Notes under the pieces: model-generated
Database searches by the model: none
What the model was told of the DNA's origin: nothing
Seen by the model: the letters and a program-made list of their open reading frames with translations, nothing else
Shown: positions 20,684 to 34,160 of the stretch, piece by piece
How positions within the stretch are numbered: the stretch's first letter is position 1
How the letters are laid out: each line of letters opens with the position of its first letter
Assembly (NCBI GenBank): GCA_002479255.1
Contig: DLMJ01000030.1
Location: forward strand, 41,501-105,500
Length of the DNA stretch: 64,000 bases
Direction of reading: 5' to 3'
Source: Candidatus Binatus soli
Lineage (GTDB): Bacteria; Desulfobacterota; Binatia; Binatales; Binataceae
Program-made: the position numbers and the translations under genes

Positions 20684-21703
20684 ATGGACAAAATCGAACC
20701 CGGCGAAATGGTCCGGCGGCTGACCGGCTTCATCCGCACCGAGGGCCGTTTCGACAGCGTCGCGATCGAGAATTTTCGCAAGATGCCCGGCGGGGCGTCG
20801 CGCGAGATCTGGTCGTTCGATTGCTCGATGGAGCGCGGCGGCGAAACGAATCGTCGCGCGATGGTGCTGCGGCGCGATCCTGGCGCTCACAATATCTCCA
20901 CCAGTCGCCGTCACGAGTTCATGGTGATTCGAGCCGCTTTCGCAGAACGCATTCCGGTTCCCGAGGTGTTTTGGGTTTCGGAAGATCCCGCCGTTCTCGG
21001 TTCCGCGTTTTTCATCATGGAGCGGATCGAGGGCGAAACTTTGGCGCGTCGCCTGCTCCGCGACGACACTTACGCCCGCGCGCGCGAAGTGATGCCCGCG
21101 CAACTCGCCGAAATTCTCGCGAAGATTCATCGAATCGATCCCGTCAAACACAAGCTCGACTTCCTGGCCGAGCCGGGTGACAACGCGGCGCTGACCGAGG
21201 TCAGACGCTACCAGGAAAACTTTCGACTCTTCGCGCTCGAACCGCATCCCGCCTTCGAATTGGCATTCCGATGGCTCCTGGGGCGCGTTCCGAAAACGGC
21301 GCGCAAGACGCTCGTACACGGCGATTATAGAATCGGCAATGTTATTTTTGGCCCCGAAGGCGTGCGATCGATCCTCGATTGGGAGTTGGCGCATCTCGGC
21401 GATCCCATGGAGGACGTCGGATGGATGTGCGTGCGGGCGTGGCGCTTCGGCAATGATCAGAAGCCGGTCGGAGGGCTTGGCCCCCGTGAGGATTTCTTCC
21501 ACGCCTACGAAAAAGCCAGTGGCGCCGCCGTCGATCCCGAGGCGGCGCGATTCTGGGAGGTCTTCGGCAACCTGCGTTGGGGCATAATCACCATCAGCCA
21601 GGCCCGTACCCATATCGACGGATTCGTAAAAAGCGTCGAACTGGCCAGTATCGGACGCCGGACTGCCGAAACCGAGCTCGAATTGTTAAATCTCATCGAA
21701 TAG
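20684..21703 (+). CDS. APH-family phosphotransferase (LvaA/ACAD10-11 kinase-like)
   Basis: GGASRE, LVHGDYRIGN, LDWELAHLGDPMED. Confidence 0.88.
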   Translation: MDKIEPGEMVRRLTGFIRTEGRFDSVAIENFRKMPGGASREIWSFDCSMERGGETNRRAMVLRRDPGAHNISTSRRHEFMVIRAAFAERIPVPEVFWVSEDPAVLGSAFFIMERIEGETLARRLLRDDTYARAREVMPAQLAEILAKIHRIDPVKHKLDFLAEPGDNAALTEVRRYQENFRLFALEPHPAFELAFRWLLGRVPKTARKTLVHGDYRIGNVIFGPEGVRSILDWELAHLGDPMEDVGWMCVRAWRFGNDQKPVGGLGPREDFFHAYEKASGAAVDPEAARFWEVFGNLRWGIITISQARTHIDGFVKSVELASIGRRTAETELELLNLIE

Positions 21704-21754
21704 CAACATGGTAGTTCCGCCGCCAACTAGCTAAACGTGAGCTGAGTAATAGAT

Positions 21755-22189
21755 ATGCAGGATCGACCGACTTCAGTTGAATTGCTCGAAGCGGCGGCCG
21801 ACTTCGTCGATCGCGAACTCGTGCCCGCAATCGAAGGCGCGCGCCAGTTCCAGGTGCGAGTCGTGGCCAACGTGATGCGAATCGTCGCGCGCGAAATAAA
21901 ACTGGAAGATCCGCTGGTTCGTAGCGAGGTGAAGGCTCTGGCGCGGCTGCTCGGGCACGACGCGCCGCATCTGCACAGCCTCGACGATCTGCGCACTGCC
22001 GCTGCCGGCATGGGCGAAGAGTTGACCGCGAAGATTCGCGCCGGCGAGGCGGACGACGGCGCCTGGCGCGGGGAGGTACTCGCAGTCGTGCGTCAGAGCG
22101 TCGAGGACAAACTGCGTATCGCGAATCCGCGCTACCTCGAGGGCGATATAGCCATTCGCAACGCCGCAAAGCCGCAAAAGGAGATCTGA
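21755..22189 (+). CDS. DUF6285/LvaB-like helical protein
   Basis: MQDRPT..ELLEA, RVVAN, KLRIANPRY; follows the kinase gene. Confidence 0.75.
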   Translation: MQDRPTSVELLEAAADFVDRELVPAIEGARQFQVRVVANVMRIVAREIKLEDPLVRSEVKALARLLGHDAPHLHSLDDLRTAAAGMGEELTAKIRAGEADDGAWRGEVLAVVRQSVEDKLRIANPRYLEGDIAIRNAAKPQKEI

Positions 22190-22193
22190 CTAT

Positions 22194-23213
22194 ATGTCTG
22201 AACTCAAAGTGGTACTACTTGAACAAGACGACCTGATGCATCCCAACACTGGCGAGTCTAATTTCAACGAGAGCGCATACTATAATTTCTACGATCGTGG
22301 TCAACACCTCGGCGGCTTCATCAGACTGGGTAATCGCGCAAACGAAGGTTACGCCGAAATGACCGCGTGCCTGTACCTCCCGGACGGAACCGTCGGTTTC
22401 ATGTTTCAGCGGCCCGAGATCAAGGACAACAACGCTCACGATGCCGGCGGTGCAAGGTTCGAAGTCGTCAAACCGTTCGAACGCCATCGCGTTAGTTACC
22501 ATGGCAAACTCTGCATTCTGAAGAATCCGCTCGAAATGGCCGATCCAGCCAGGGCATTCAAAAATAATCCATACTCGCAAGCGGCGCTCGAAATTGACTA
22601 CGCGGCTGTTTCTCCCGGATGGGGCGGCGAAGTGCGCGAAAAAGTTGGAGATCAATGGGTTTCGCCGAACTTATCCGGTGACCCCGAAACTCAATTCGCA
22701 AAGGGGCACCTGGAACAGCTCGGCCGCGCAACGGGAAAACTGGTGCTTACGGCCGACGGCGCAGACCGCGAGTTCAAAATCGACGCGCTTGGTCTGCGCG
22801 ATCATAGTTGGGGACCGCGCTATTGGCAGGCGCCGAAATTCTACCGATGGCTCACGATGAACTTCGATGAGGGTCTTGGCGCGATGGCCACAATTACGGT
22901 GAATCGCGACGGCAGCGAACGCCCGGGAGGATTCGTTGCGCGCAAAGGCCAACCGATTCTCAATATCGAGAAGGTCGATATTCAGACCGAATTCATCGGC
23001 GAGCAGCAGCTACACGACAAGATCAAAGTGAACTGTGAAACCGCCGACGGTGGAGCGCCAATAGTCATTACCGGCAAAGTGCTATCGATGATTCCGCTGC
23101 GCAACCGGCGCGCCGGTATAGTCACTCGAATCGCAGAAGGTATGACCGAATGGAACTGGGACGGCAAAATTGGCTATGGACTGTCCGAGTACCTGGATCA
23201 CTTTGATGAGTAG
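22194..23213 (+). CDS. Uncharacterised beta-rich protein
   Basis: Long ORF in operon; NESAYYNF, GHLEQ, RDHSWGPR, GYGLSEY motifs. Confidence 0.7.
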   Translation: MSELKVVLLEQDDLMHPNTGESNFNESAYYNFYDRGQHLGGFIRLGNRANEGYAEMTACLYLPDGTVGFMFQRPEIKDNNAHDAGGARFEVVKPFERHRVSYHGKLCILKNPLEMADPARAFKNNPYSQAALEIDYAAVSPGWGGEVREKVGDQWVSPNLSGDPETQFAKGHLEQLGRATGKLVLTADGADREFKIDALGLRDHSWGPRYWQAPKFYRWLTMNFDEGLGAMATITVNRDGSERPGGFVARKGQPILNIEKVDIQTEFIGEQQLHDKIKVNCETADGGAPIVITGKVLSMIPLRNRRAGIVTRIAEGMTEWNWDGKIGYGLSEYLDHFDE

Positions 23214-23243
23214 GCTGCGCGTCGCTCGCGTCGGATAAGTCGG

Positions 23244-24278
23244 TCATCGTCCAAGTTTCAGCGCGCGCAGACTCACCGTGTACGGCGGATACGCGACGCC
23301 GCGTTCGGTGATAATCGCGGTCACCAGCTCGGCCGGGGTGACATCGAACGCGGGGTTGAACGTGCTGACGCCCTTCGGCGCGATCTGCTTGCCGCCGTAC
23401 TCGGTGAGCTCGCGGCCCGAGCGCTCTTCGATCGGGATAGCCGCGCCGTCGGGACAGTCCAGGTCGATCGACGACAGCGGCGCCGCGACGTAAAATGGCA
23501 CGCCGTGGCGCCGCGCCATCACCGCCAGCGGGTAGGTGCCGATTTTGTTCGCGACATCGCCGTTGGCCGCTGTGCGATCGGTTCCCACCACCACGCAATC
23601 GATCTTGTTCTGCGAGAGCACCGTTGCCGCCATGCTGTCAGCGATCACCGTCACCGGTATCCGATCTTTGTGGAGTTCCCACGCGGTCAGGCGCGAGCCC
23701 TGCAAAAATGGCCGCGTCTCGTCGGCGAACACCTGGATCTTTTTGCCCGCGTCGCGTGCGGCGCGCACCACCCCAAGCGCCGTCCCGTATCCCGCCGTCG
23801 CCAGCGCGCCGGCGTTGCAATGCGTCAACACTGTGGCCGGGTCTCCGATGAGTTCGGCGCCGAACCGGCCCAGCGCGCGATTCGCGGCCAGGTCTTCCCG
23901 GTAAATCGCGATCGCCTCCGCGCGCATGCGGCGAAATAATTCTGCCGCGTCGAGCGAGATGTTGTCGTCGAGCGCGCGGCCCATTCGATCCACTGCCCAC
24001 GCCAGATTTACCGCGGTTGGCCGCGTGGCCTTGAGTGTTTTCGCGACCACCGCGAAGCGTTTCCGCGCCTTCGCGCCCGCGGTGCCCTTGATGCCGAGCG
24101 CGACACCCATTGCCGCCGCGACGCCAATTGCGGGTGCGCCGCGAATCACCATCGTGCGGATAGCTCGCGCGACGCCACGGTAGTCGCGATAGGTTCGAAT
24201 TACCTCGCGCGCGGGAAGCAGGCGCTGATCGATCATACGAACCGTGTCCGCCCGCCATTCAATCGTCATCACGGCCAT
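23244..24278 (-). CDS. mtnA: S-methyl-5-thioribose-1-phosphate isomerase
   Basis: DQRLLP, IRGAPAIG, RPTAVNL, LTHCNAGALAT, ETRPFLQGSRLT, ANKIGTY, NPAFDVTP. Confidence 0.95.
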   Translation of the reverse strand: MAVMTIEWRADTVRMIDQRLLPAREVIRTYRDYRGVARAIRTMVIRGAPAIGVAAAMGVALGIKGTAGAKARKRFAVVAKTLKATRPTAVNLAWAVDRMGRALDDNISLDAAELFRRMRAEAIAIYREDLAANRALGRFGAELIGDPATVLTHCNAGALATAGYGTALGVVRAARDAGKKIQVFADETRPFLQGSRLTAWELHKDRIPVTVIADSMAATVLSQNKIDCVVVGTDRTAANGDVANKIGTYPLAVMARRHGVPFYVAAPLSSIDLDCPDGAAIPIEERSGRELTEYGGKQIAPKGVSTFNPAFDVTPAELVTAIITERGVAYPPYTVSLRALKLGR

Positions 24279-24517
24279 GTAGTCTGACTCTTTCGCACGC
24301 GAATAAGGTTTCAAAAAAGCTTATCAGCAACCTTGCATTGCTGTCATTCTTCGCCGCGCGGAGTTTATTCGGAGCGCAATTGGAACGCAGAATGACGCTG
24401 CGATACTTCAGATGAATTGAGCAATAGAAAACGGCGCAGCTGATACTTTGCGGCGCCGCTCAACGCTGCTCTCATTGCGCGATACCGCCATTGCGGCCGG
24501 TACGCGCGAAGCTTCCG

Positions 24518-24901
24518 TTAGACTTTTTCGTATGCTCCGCGTGCCCTTCGCCTTGCAGCTCCGGCATCGATCCATCGCGTGATCGCCGCAAATATCTCCG
24601 ACGGCCGCTTCTGCTTGAGTCCCCGCACGTTGCGCACGTCGGCGGCCTTGAACTGCTTGGGAAGCGCCGAAAGCACGTTGCGCCAATTGACCCGGCCGCG
24701 TGGCCCGCCGCTGACCGCTTTCGCTCCACTGCCCCCACGACCGATCAACGATCCCAGCCGCGCTTCCTCTTCTTTGAGTTTACTCAGTAGCGACTCTTTC
24801 AAGCGGATGTCTTTGCGCAGATTCATGAGCAGAGTACGCGCCTGCCGCTGTACTTGTTGGAATGCCGATGTGGCTCCGCGAGAGGCCTTCTGTCGAGGCA
24901 T
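24518..24901 (-). CDS. Small basic protein (coiled coil plus putative winged helix)
   Basis: AAGGAG RBS; K/R-rich; heptad-like N-terminus, Gly-rich linker. Confidence 0.7.
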   Translation of the reverse strand: MPRQKASRGATSAFQQVQRQARTLLMNLRKDIRLKESLLSKLKEEEARLGSLIGRGGSGAKAVSGGPRGRVNWRNVLSALPKQFKAADVRNVRGLKQKRPSEIFAAITRWIDAGAARRRARGAYEKV

Positions 24902-24996
24902 TTAGCAATCTCCTTTCGGGGAATTGGTCAGTACAAATCAACTTTGAATATACACAATCAAACCTGATCCTACAAGTATCAAAGTCATTTTGTCCA

Positions 24997-25005
24997 TTAT
25001 CCACA
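24997..25005 (+). promoter_or_regulatory. Single consensus DnaA box TTATCCACA in AT-rich intergenic DNA
   Basis: Exact 9-mer match; function not shown. Confidence 0.3.
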
Positions 25006-25429
25006 TCAGTCAATTGGATATAGCGCCAGATGCCCCACGACGCCATCAGACTACTCCGCGCAGCGCTAAAAGTTATCCGGCAGATAGTCAGATCGACTCG
25101 CCGATATTTCAGTCAGTCCCGGAAACGCAGTTGCCCGCCAACCAGGGTTCGCGTCCAGGAAAACAAACGGATCTGGGACGCTTATCGCCCTATTTGCGAG
25201 CAGGCAGCCATTGGGCCTAAGCGGGAAATAAAGGCCGGGGATTGGATAGCAAGAGCACTATGTTTGCGCTTGGCGCGATGCTATAAGCATTTCGGAATTC
25301 GGATTAGATGCGCGCCGTTGGTATCGCCCCACCACTTGACTATCTGTACTATCGATCAGGCTTCCGAATGCCTATAGATACAGACGGACTACGCCGCAGG
25401 GCAGCCGGGTCGCGCGCGAGGAGAGGGCA

Positions 25430-25750
25430 ATGGGCCGCAGACTGTATGTTGGGAATCTGGCTTGGACTGTGACCGACCAGGATCTGCTCGACGCGTTTTC
25501 AGAAGCCGGAAAGGTGGACAGCTCGCAAGTCATCATCGACCGCGCCACCAACCGCTCGCGGGGATTCGGCTTCGTCGAGATGGCGACCGATGAGGCAGCC
25601 GAAGGCGCAATCAAGAAATTGAACGGCCGCGACATCAAGGGCCGTCCGATTCGCGTCAACGAAGCGCAGGCGCGCAGCGCCGGAGCCGGGGGCGGAGCCG
25701 GTGGCGGTGGCGGTGGCAGCGGCGAACGCCGCGGCGGACGCGACCACTAG
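25430..25750 (+). CDS. RRM RNA-binding protein with Gly-rich tail
   Basis: RNP2 LYVGNL, RNP1 RGFGFVEM. Confidence 0.95.
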   Translation: MGRRLYVGNLAWTVTDQDLLDAFSEAGKVDSSQVIIDRATNRSRGFGFVEMATDEAAEGAIKKLNGRDIKGRPIRVNEAQARSAGAGGGAGGGGGGSGERRGGRDH

Positions 25751-25901
25751 CCAGTAGTTCCGGCATTTCAAAATAGCGCGCGATTGGGGTCGCCTTCCCG
25801 TCGCGCCGCAAAATGTACTGGACCCACTTGAGGGGACGCCTGATTCTCGGGCCGAACCCTTGCGGCTGCAAAAAAAACTCTCCTCGGATTGAACCATCAC
25901 C

Positions 25902-26852
25902 GTGGAACTCATAACGCTTGAAGCGGATAGCGAGCGCGCCGTGATTGTGCCCGGCGCCGGATGCCAATGCCTGGGCTACCGCGCCGGCACGCTCGAGGTC
26001 ATCGCGGGCCCTGCCCATCCCGACGCATGGCGCGAGCATCCGCATCGCGGCGGCATTCCGATTCTCTTTCCGTGGCCGGGCCGCGTCTCCCGCGCATGCT
26101 TCACGTTCAAGGGCCGCGAATACCGGCTGCCGGTGAATGAGCCCGCACGCGGGCACGCGATTCATGGCTTTGCGTGCGAACGCGCCTTTCGCGTGACGCG
26201 GCGCGAACCGTCTTTCGTCACGGCGATTCTCGATTCGTCGGACTATTCGGATTTAAATTCGATCTGGCCGTGGCCGTTCGTGCTCGAGATAGACTACGAA
26301 GTTGGTAATGGACTGAGATTGAAGGCCCGCATTACCAACACCGGCCGCTCGGTGATGCCGTTCGGATTCGGCGCGCATCCTTACTTTCACGCCCCTCTCA
26401 ATCCCGCAGGCTTGCGCGATGCGATGCTGATTCAGCTCGACGCCAACGCTCGATGGCCGCTCGACGCGCGCCTCATACCCACCGGTGACGCCGAGCCGTT
26501 GGCAGGCAAGTACGACCTTCGCGCGCCACTTCCTCTTGGAGCTGATACTTACGACGACGCCTTCCGCATGGCGCCGATCGCGGAGCGAACCGCGACGAAA
26601 GATCCGTCCGCGCCGCGCGCGCGGCTCATCGATCCGTCGCTGAATATCGCGCTCGAGATTCGCGCCGGTCCCGCGTTCGGCGACTTCGTCGTCTATGCTC
26701 CCGCGGACAGCCCCGTGGTCGCGCTCGAGCCGTACACCTGCGCGCCCGATGCGTTCAATCTCGCGGCCCGTGGCATCGCGGCCGGAATGCGCGAACTCGC
26801 GCCCGGCGATACCTTCGAGGAGGGCTTCGAGATTCGCCTCAACGCCCCTTGA
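25902..26852 (+). CDS. Aldose 1-epimerase family protein
   Basis: LFPWPGRV, AIHGF, GAHPYF, YDDAF, ALEPYT. Confidence 0.88.
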   Translation: MELITLEADSERAVIVPGAGCQCLGYRAGTLEVIAGPAHPDAWREHPHRGGIPILFPWPGRVSRACFTFKGREYRLPVNEPARGHAIHGFACERAFRVTRREPSFVTAILDSSDYSDLNSIWPWPFVLEIDYEVGNGLRLKARITNTGRSVMPFGFGAHPYFHAPLNPAGLRDAMLIQLDANARWPLDARLIPTGDAEPLAGKYDLRAPLPLGADTYDDAFRMAPIAERTATKDPSAPRARLIDPSLNIALEIRAGPAFGDFVVYAPADSPVVALEPYTCAPDAFNLAARGIAAGMRELAPGDTFEEGFEIRLNAP

Positions 26853-27663
26853 AGCGCGGCTCGCGCCGCTGCGCCAGCGCTGCCGCGCCCTCGCGAAAAT
26901 CTTCGGTGCCGATCAGCGAGCTCTGCGCCAGCACCTCGAGTTCCTGAAATGTCATCTTGTCCAGGCCGTGGCCTTTGTCGATGATCCGCTTCGCCAGCCC
27001 GACCGCGATTGGCGCGTTGCGCGCCATCTCGCGCGCAAGCTCTTCGGCCGCCGCGATATGCGCACCTTCGGCGACGACGCGGTTCACCAGCCCAATCCGT
27101 TCCGCCTCCGACGCCTCGATCATCCGCGCCGTCATGATCAGCTCTTTCGAGCGCGCGTAACCGACCGTCCGCGTAAGCCGCGTGGTGCCGCCCACGTCGG
27201 GCACCAGGCCGATGCGCACTTCCGGCATCCCAAGCCGCGCGCCGGCAGCCGCCACCCTGGCATCGCACGCGAGCGCCAGTTCGAGCCCGAGTCCGCCGAC
27301 GAAGCCATGCAGCGCGCCGATCACCGGCTTCTCGATACTCTCGAGCCGATTCAGCGATGCCTGCGACTCCGCCACAAAGCGCCGAAAGCGCGGCATGTCG
27401 GGGCCGCCGCCGTGGCCGCCCTGCGCGCCGGTGTCGTTGGCGAGCGAGGTGAAATCGATGCCCGCCGAGAACGCCTGGCCCTCGCCGTAAATGATAATCG
27501 CGCGAACCTCGGGACGATCGACCTCGTCGATCGCCTCTGGAATCGCGCGGAGCATTGCCTGGTTAATCGCGTTGCGCTTCTCGGGACGGTTGAGCGCGAT
27601 ATATGCGATCTCACCCTCGACTCGAACTTTGATTATCTCTTCTTCCATTTCTGACACCCTCAT
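26839..27663 (-). CDS. Enoyl-CoA hydratase/isomerase
   Basis: LNRPEKRNA, FSAGID, GLELALACD, PEVRIGLVPD. Confidence 0.93.
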   Translation of the reverse strand: MRVSEMEEEIIKVRVEGEIAYIALNRPEKRNAINQAMLRAIPEAIDEVDRPEVRAIIIYGEGQAFSAGIDFTSLANDTGAQGGHGGGPDMPRFRRFVAESQASLNRLESIEKPVIGALHGFVGGLGLELALACDARVAAAGARLGMPEVRIGLVPDVGGTTRLTRTVGYARSKELIMTARMIEASEAERIGLVNRVVAEGAHIAAAEELAREMARNAPIAVGLAKRIIDKGHGLDKMTFQELEVLAQSSLIGTEDFREGAAALAQRREPRFKGR

Positions 27664-27766
27664 TGTTATTCAACCGTATGCTGCCGCGGTCCGCCAGACG
27701 CGAAACCGGTTTTCCCATCTGCTCGCGCCGCCGCTGGAAAGGCCGTTTGACCAAAACCGGCCCGGA

Positions 27767-27835
27767 ACCTTGTACAGGGAGGCCGTCGGGTCTATGGCGG
27801 AGCGTATCGGGGACTCAAAAGGAAATTCCGGTTTA
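27767..27835 (+). promoter_or_regulatory. Upstream leader element, copy 1 (shared with 31260-31329)
   Basis: ACCTTGTACAGGGAGGCCGTCGGGTCTAT...ATCGGGGACTCAA...TCCGGTTTA aligns with the leader of the next gene. Confidence 0.65.
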
Positions 27836-27928
27836 TTGTGTTGTTTCGGTTATTCGGTTATAGGGACGCGTGACTTGGCGTGACGCGAGACTTCTGGGCA
27901 GCCTGCTCTAAGCAGAGAGGAAAGAGCG

Positions 27929-31162
<3,234 letters not shown>

Positions 31163-31259
31163 GCAGGGCTGAGCCCTGCACCCAGTATTAAGGCCGCCCG
31201 CCGTTGGCGGGCGCGGCCACTGCCGCGGGCGCGCCATACTGGCCTCCCGTGCCAACGGC

Positions 31260-31329
31260 ACCTTGCGCAGGGAGGGCGTCGGGTCTATTGGGGATCTGGC
31301 ATCGGAGACTCAACGGGAGTCCCGGTTTA
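31260..31329 (+). promoter_or_regulatory. Upstream leader element, copy 2
   Basis: ACCTTGCGCAGGGAGGGCGTCGGGTCTAT...ATCGGAGACTCAA...CCCGGTTTA. Confidence 0.65.
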
Positions 31330-31357
31330 ACTGCCAGTTCCAACTCGGGAGGACCGA

Positions 31358-32875
31358 GTGATGAAGTTCCAAGTTGTGCGCGCCACGGGATGGCACCGTC
31401 GGACGTTCGGGATTGCGGCCGTGATGCTGCCGGTCGCATTGTATGTGGCGATTGTGCTTGCGAGCGGCACTACCGCCGACCGGGTGCTGGGACAGGTGGA
31501 CTTCACGCACAATGGCGTCCACGTGAACGCTCAAGGGCTGTACGAACCTTTCGCGGTAGCGATCGATTCCAGCGCCACGCCAAATCACATTTACGTCGCC
31601 GATCAGGATAACGACCGGGTGCTGGGCTGGAGAGACGCCGCCTCGTTCACCAACGGTCAGGCGGCCGACCTGGTGATTGGACAGCCCGATTTCCTCACCT
31701 CTTTCTGCAACGGGGCCAGCGGCGCCGTCAGCGCTGGCAGCCTGTGCGCTCCAGCGGGAGTCGCGGTGGACGGCTCGGGCAACCTCTACGTGGCGGACAC
31801 GAACAACAACCGGGTGCTGGAGTACACGAATCCGTTTGCGGCCTGCAAGGGAGTATTTCCGTGTGTGGGCGGCGCGGCCAACGAGGTGTTGGGGCAGGAC
31901 GGAAGCTTCACGACGCCTGATTGCAATAACGGCGGGGTCAGCGCCAACAGCCTGTGCGATCCAGTGGGGGTCGCGGTGGACGGCTCGGGTCACCTCTACG
32001 TGGTGGATAGCAACAACAGCCGGGTGCTGGAGTACAACACCCCGCTGACCAACACCACCGCCGATGGGGTCTTTGGCCAGGACGGGAGCTTCACGACGGC
32101 TGGTTGCAATAAAGTCAGCGACAACAGCCTGTGCTATCCAGTGGGGGTCGCGGTGGACGGCTCGGGTAACCTCTGGGTGGCCGATCAAGGCAACAGCCGG
32201 GTGCTGGAGTACAACACCCCGCTGACCAACACCACCGCCAATACGGTCTTTGGCCAGGACGGGAGCTTCACGACGGCTGGTTGCAATCACGACACCAGCG
32301 GCGGCAACTCCACCGCTATTGACCTTTGCTCTCCAGAAGGAGTCGCGCTGGACGGCGCAGGCAACCTGTACGTGGCGGATACCGAGAACAACCGGGCACT
32401 AGAGTACAACCAGCCACTAGCCAATCCGTCGCCCACGCCAACGGCGACCGCGACAGCTACAGCCACGCCGACCGCAACAGCGACGGCAACCGCCACCGCG
32501 ACTCAAACCCCGACTGCGACGCCGACTCCGATCTCGGAGAAGCTGACGTTCAGTCCCAGTTCGATCGCATTCGGAAAAACGGTGACAGTCGGAACTACCA
32601 GCGCGCCCAAGACGGTCACGATCACGAACGCGGGTAAGAAGAAAAAAGGGTTGGCGGTGAGCATCGAGAGCGAGAGCGCATCGCCGCCGGTGTTCGCGGT
32701 CAAGTCGGGATGCGAAAAAACGCTCGAGCCCGGCAAGAGTTGCAAGGTATCAGTGACCTTCACGCCGACGGACACGACGCGGCAGACTGGAAGCCTGAAG
32801 ATTGTTGACAATGTGATCGACTCGCCGCAGTCCGTTTCGCTGTCGGGAACCGGCAAGGCCAAGAAGAAAAAATAG
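31358..32875 (+). CDS. Secreted NHL-repeat protein with Thr/Pro/Ala linker and the same C-terminal ASH-like domain
   Basis: P.GVAVDGSGNLYVAD..N.RVLEY repeats, V(L/F)GQ motifs, signal-like N-terminus. Confidence 0.9.
   Translation: MMKFQVVRATGWHRRTFGIAAVMLPVALYVAIVLASGTTADRVLGQVDFTHNGVHVNAQGLYEPFAVAIDSSATPNHIYVADQDNDRVLGWRDAASFTNGQAADLVIGQPDFLTSFCNGASGAVSAGSLCAPAGVAVDGSGNLYVADTNNNRVLEYTNPFAACKGVFPCVGGAANEVLGQDGSFTTPDCNNGGVSANSLCDPVGVAVDGSGHLYVVDSNNSRVLEYNTPLTNTTADGVFGQDGSFTTAGCNKVSDNSLCYPVGVAVDGSGNLWVADQGNSRVLEYNTPLTNTTANTVFGQDGSFTTAGCNHDTSGGNSTAIDLCSPEGVALDGAGNLYVADTENNRALEYNQPLANPSPTPTATATATATPTATATATATATQTPTATPTPISEKLTFSPSSIAFGKTVTVGTTSAPKTVTITNAGKKKKGLAVSIESESASPPVFAVKSGCEKTLEPGKSCKVSVTFTPTDTTRQTGSLKIVDNVIDSPQSVSLSGTGKAKKKK
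32510..32860 (+). repeat. C-terminal module copy 2
   Basis: Aligns with 30803-31150 with scattered substitutions and one extra codon. Confidence 0.92.
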
Positions 32876-32987
32876 AACGGCAGACAAACGCCCGGCTGTA
32901 GGGGACGGGCTTTCCTTTAACCGGTAACTACGGCGGGACAGGCAATGGTGCGAATGCCGATTGAACTGGATGCCGGCGCGGGGCGGG

Positions 32988-34043
32988 TCAGGGCTTCAGC
33001 AATACCTTCATCACGTTGTCTTTGCGGGCGCTGAAAATTTCGTAGCCCCTGGCTGCGTCGTCCAGCGGCATCACGTGGCTTACCAGCGGGCGCGGGTTGA
33101 TCGTGCCGCGTTCCATCAGGCGCGCGAGTTCCGGTATGTGCGCGTTGATGTTCGCAAGGCCGATCCGAAACGTGAGATCGCGCATGAACGCATAGCCGAT
33201 CGGGAAATTGAAAGAAGGCGCGCCGAACACGCCGATTACCGAAATTGTTCCGCCGCCGCGCGCCGCCATTATCGCGGCCGTCAGCGCGCTTTCGTTGCCG
33301 ACCGCCTCGATAGTCACGTCGGCGCCGCGTTTTTCAGTGCGCTCCAGAATTATCTCGTGTGCTTGTTCCACGCTTACCGCAAACGCACCGAGCTTGCGCG
33401 CCGCCTCAAGCCGGTACGGGATGCTATCGACGGCGATCACTTCGGCGGGGCCGAACAGCTTTGCACACATCACGGCGCACAATCCCACCGGGCCGCATCC
33501 GAAAATCGCCACCGTGTCGCCCGGCCGGATATTGCCGTTGACCGCGCCGAAAAAAGCCGTCGGCAGGATATCGGCGAGAAACACCGCGGCGTCATCGTCG
33601 ATCGCGTCGGGCAGCGGAAAGCACGTGTAATCCGCCATCGGCACCCGCACTGCCTCGGATTGCTCGCCTCCCAGCCATCCGAGCTTGCCCGCGGAATTCG
33701 CTCCGTAGCCGAATATGGCGGATCCGCTTTCCGCGCATTGCGACGGCTGTCCGCGCCGGCAGAAGTAGCATCGGCCGCAGGCAACCACCCCCGACACGAC
33801 GACCCGATCCCCCTTCGTCAGCCGTTCGACACCGGCGCCCACTTCCTCGATCACGCCGACGCCCTCATGGCCGAGCACGAAGCCGGGCACGATGGGCAAA
33901 GCGCCTTCATAGAAATGCAGGTCGGAGCCGCAAATTCCCGCGCGTGTGATTCGCACCAGCGCGTCGGTGGGCGTCTTGAGCGCGGGATCATCGACCCGCT
34001 CGACGCGCACATCGTGGGGTCCGTGGAAGACAGTACCCTTCAT
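32988..34043 (-). CDS. Zinc-dependent alcohol dehydrogenase (FDH-like MDR)
   Basis: GICGSDLH, GHEG, CGRCYFC...C, GCGPVG. Confidence 0.93.
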   Translation of the reverse strand: MKGTVFHGPHDVRVERVDDPALKTPTDALVRITRAGICGSDLHFYEGALPIVPGFVLGHEGVGVIEEVGAGVERLTKGDRVVVSGVVACGRCYFCRRGQPSQCAESGSAIFGYGANSAGKLGWLGGEQSEAVRVPMADYTCFPLPDAIDDDAAVFLADILPTAFFGAVNGNIRPGDTVAIFGCGPVGLCAVMCAKLFGPAEVIAVDSIPYRLEAARKLGAFAVSVEQAHEIILERTEKRGADVTIEAVGNESALTAAIMAARGGGTISVIGVFGAPSFNFPIGYAFMRDLTFRIGLANINAHIPELARLMERGTINPRPLVSHVMPLDDAARGYEIFSARKDNVMKVLLKP

Positions 34044-34160
34044 AGGCAATCCTTTTTATTCAGCGGCGATCTGTCGGGATAATGGCACAGACCGGCGCGG
34101 GTTTGCACCGGCGGCGAAGGCCGTGGTAATTCCAGAGACCTTGGTACTCGGGAGGCTGTT

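Noticed and set aside
24902-25430. Replication origin
   Set aside because: Only one perfect DnaA box and no dnaA/dnaN/gidA context
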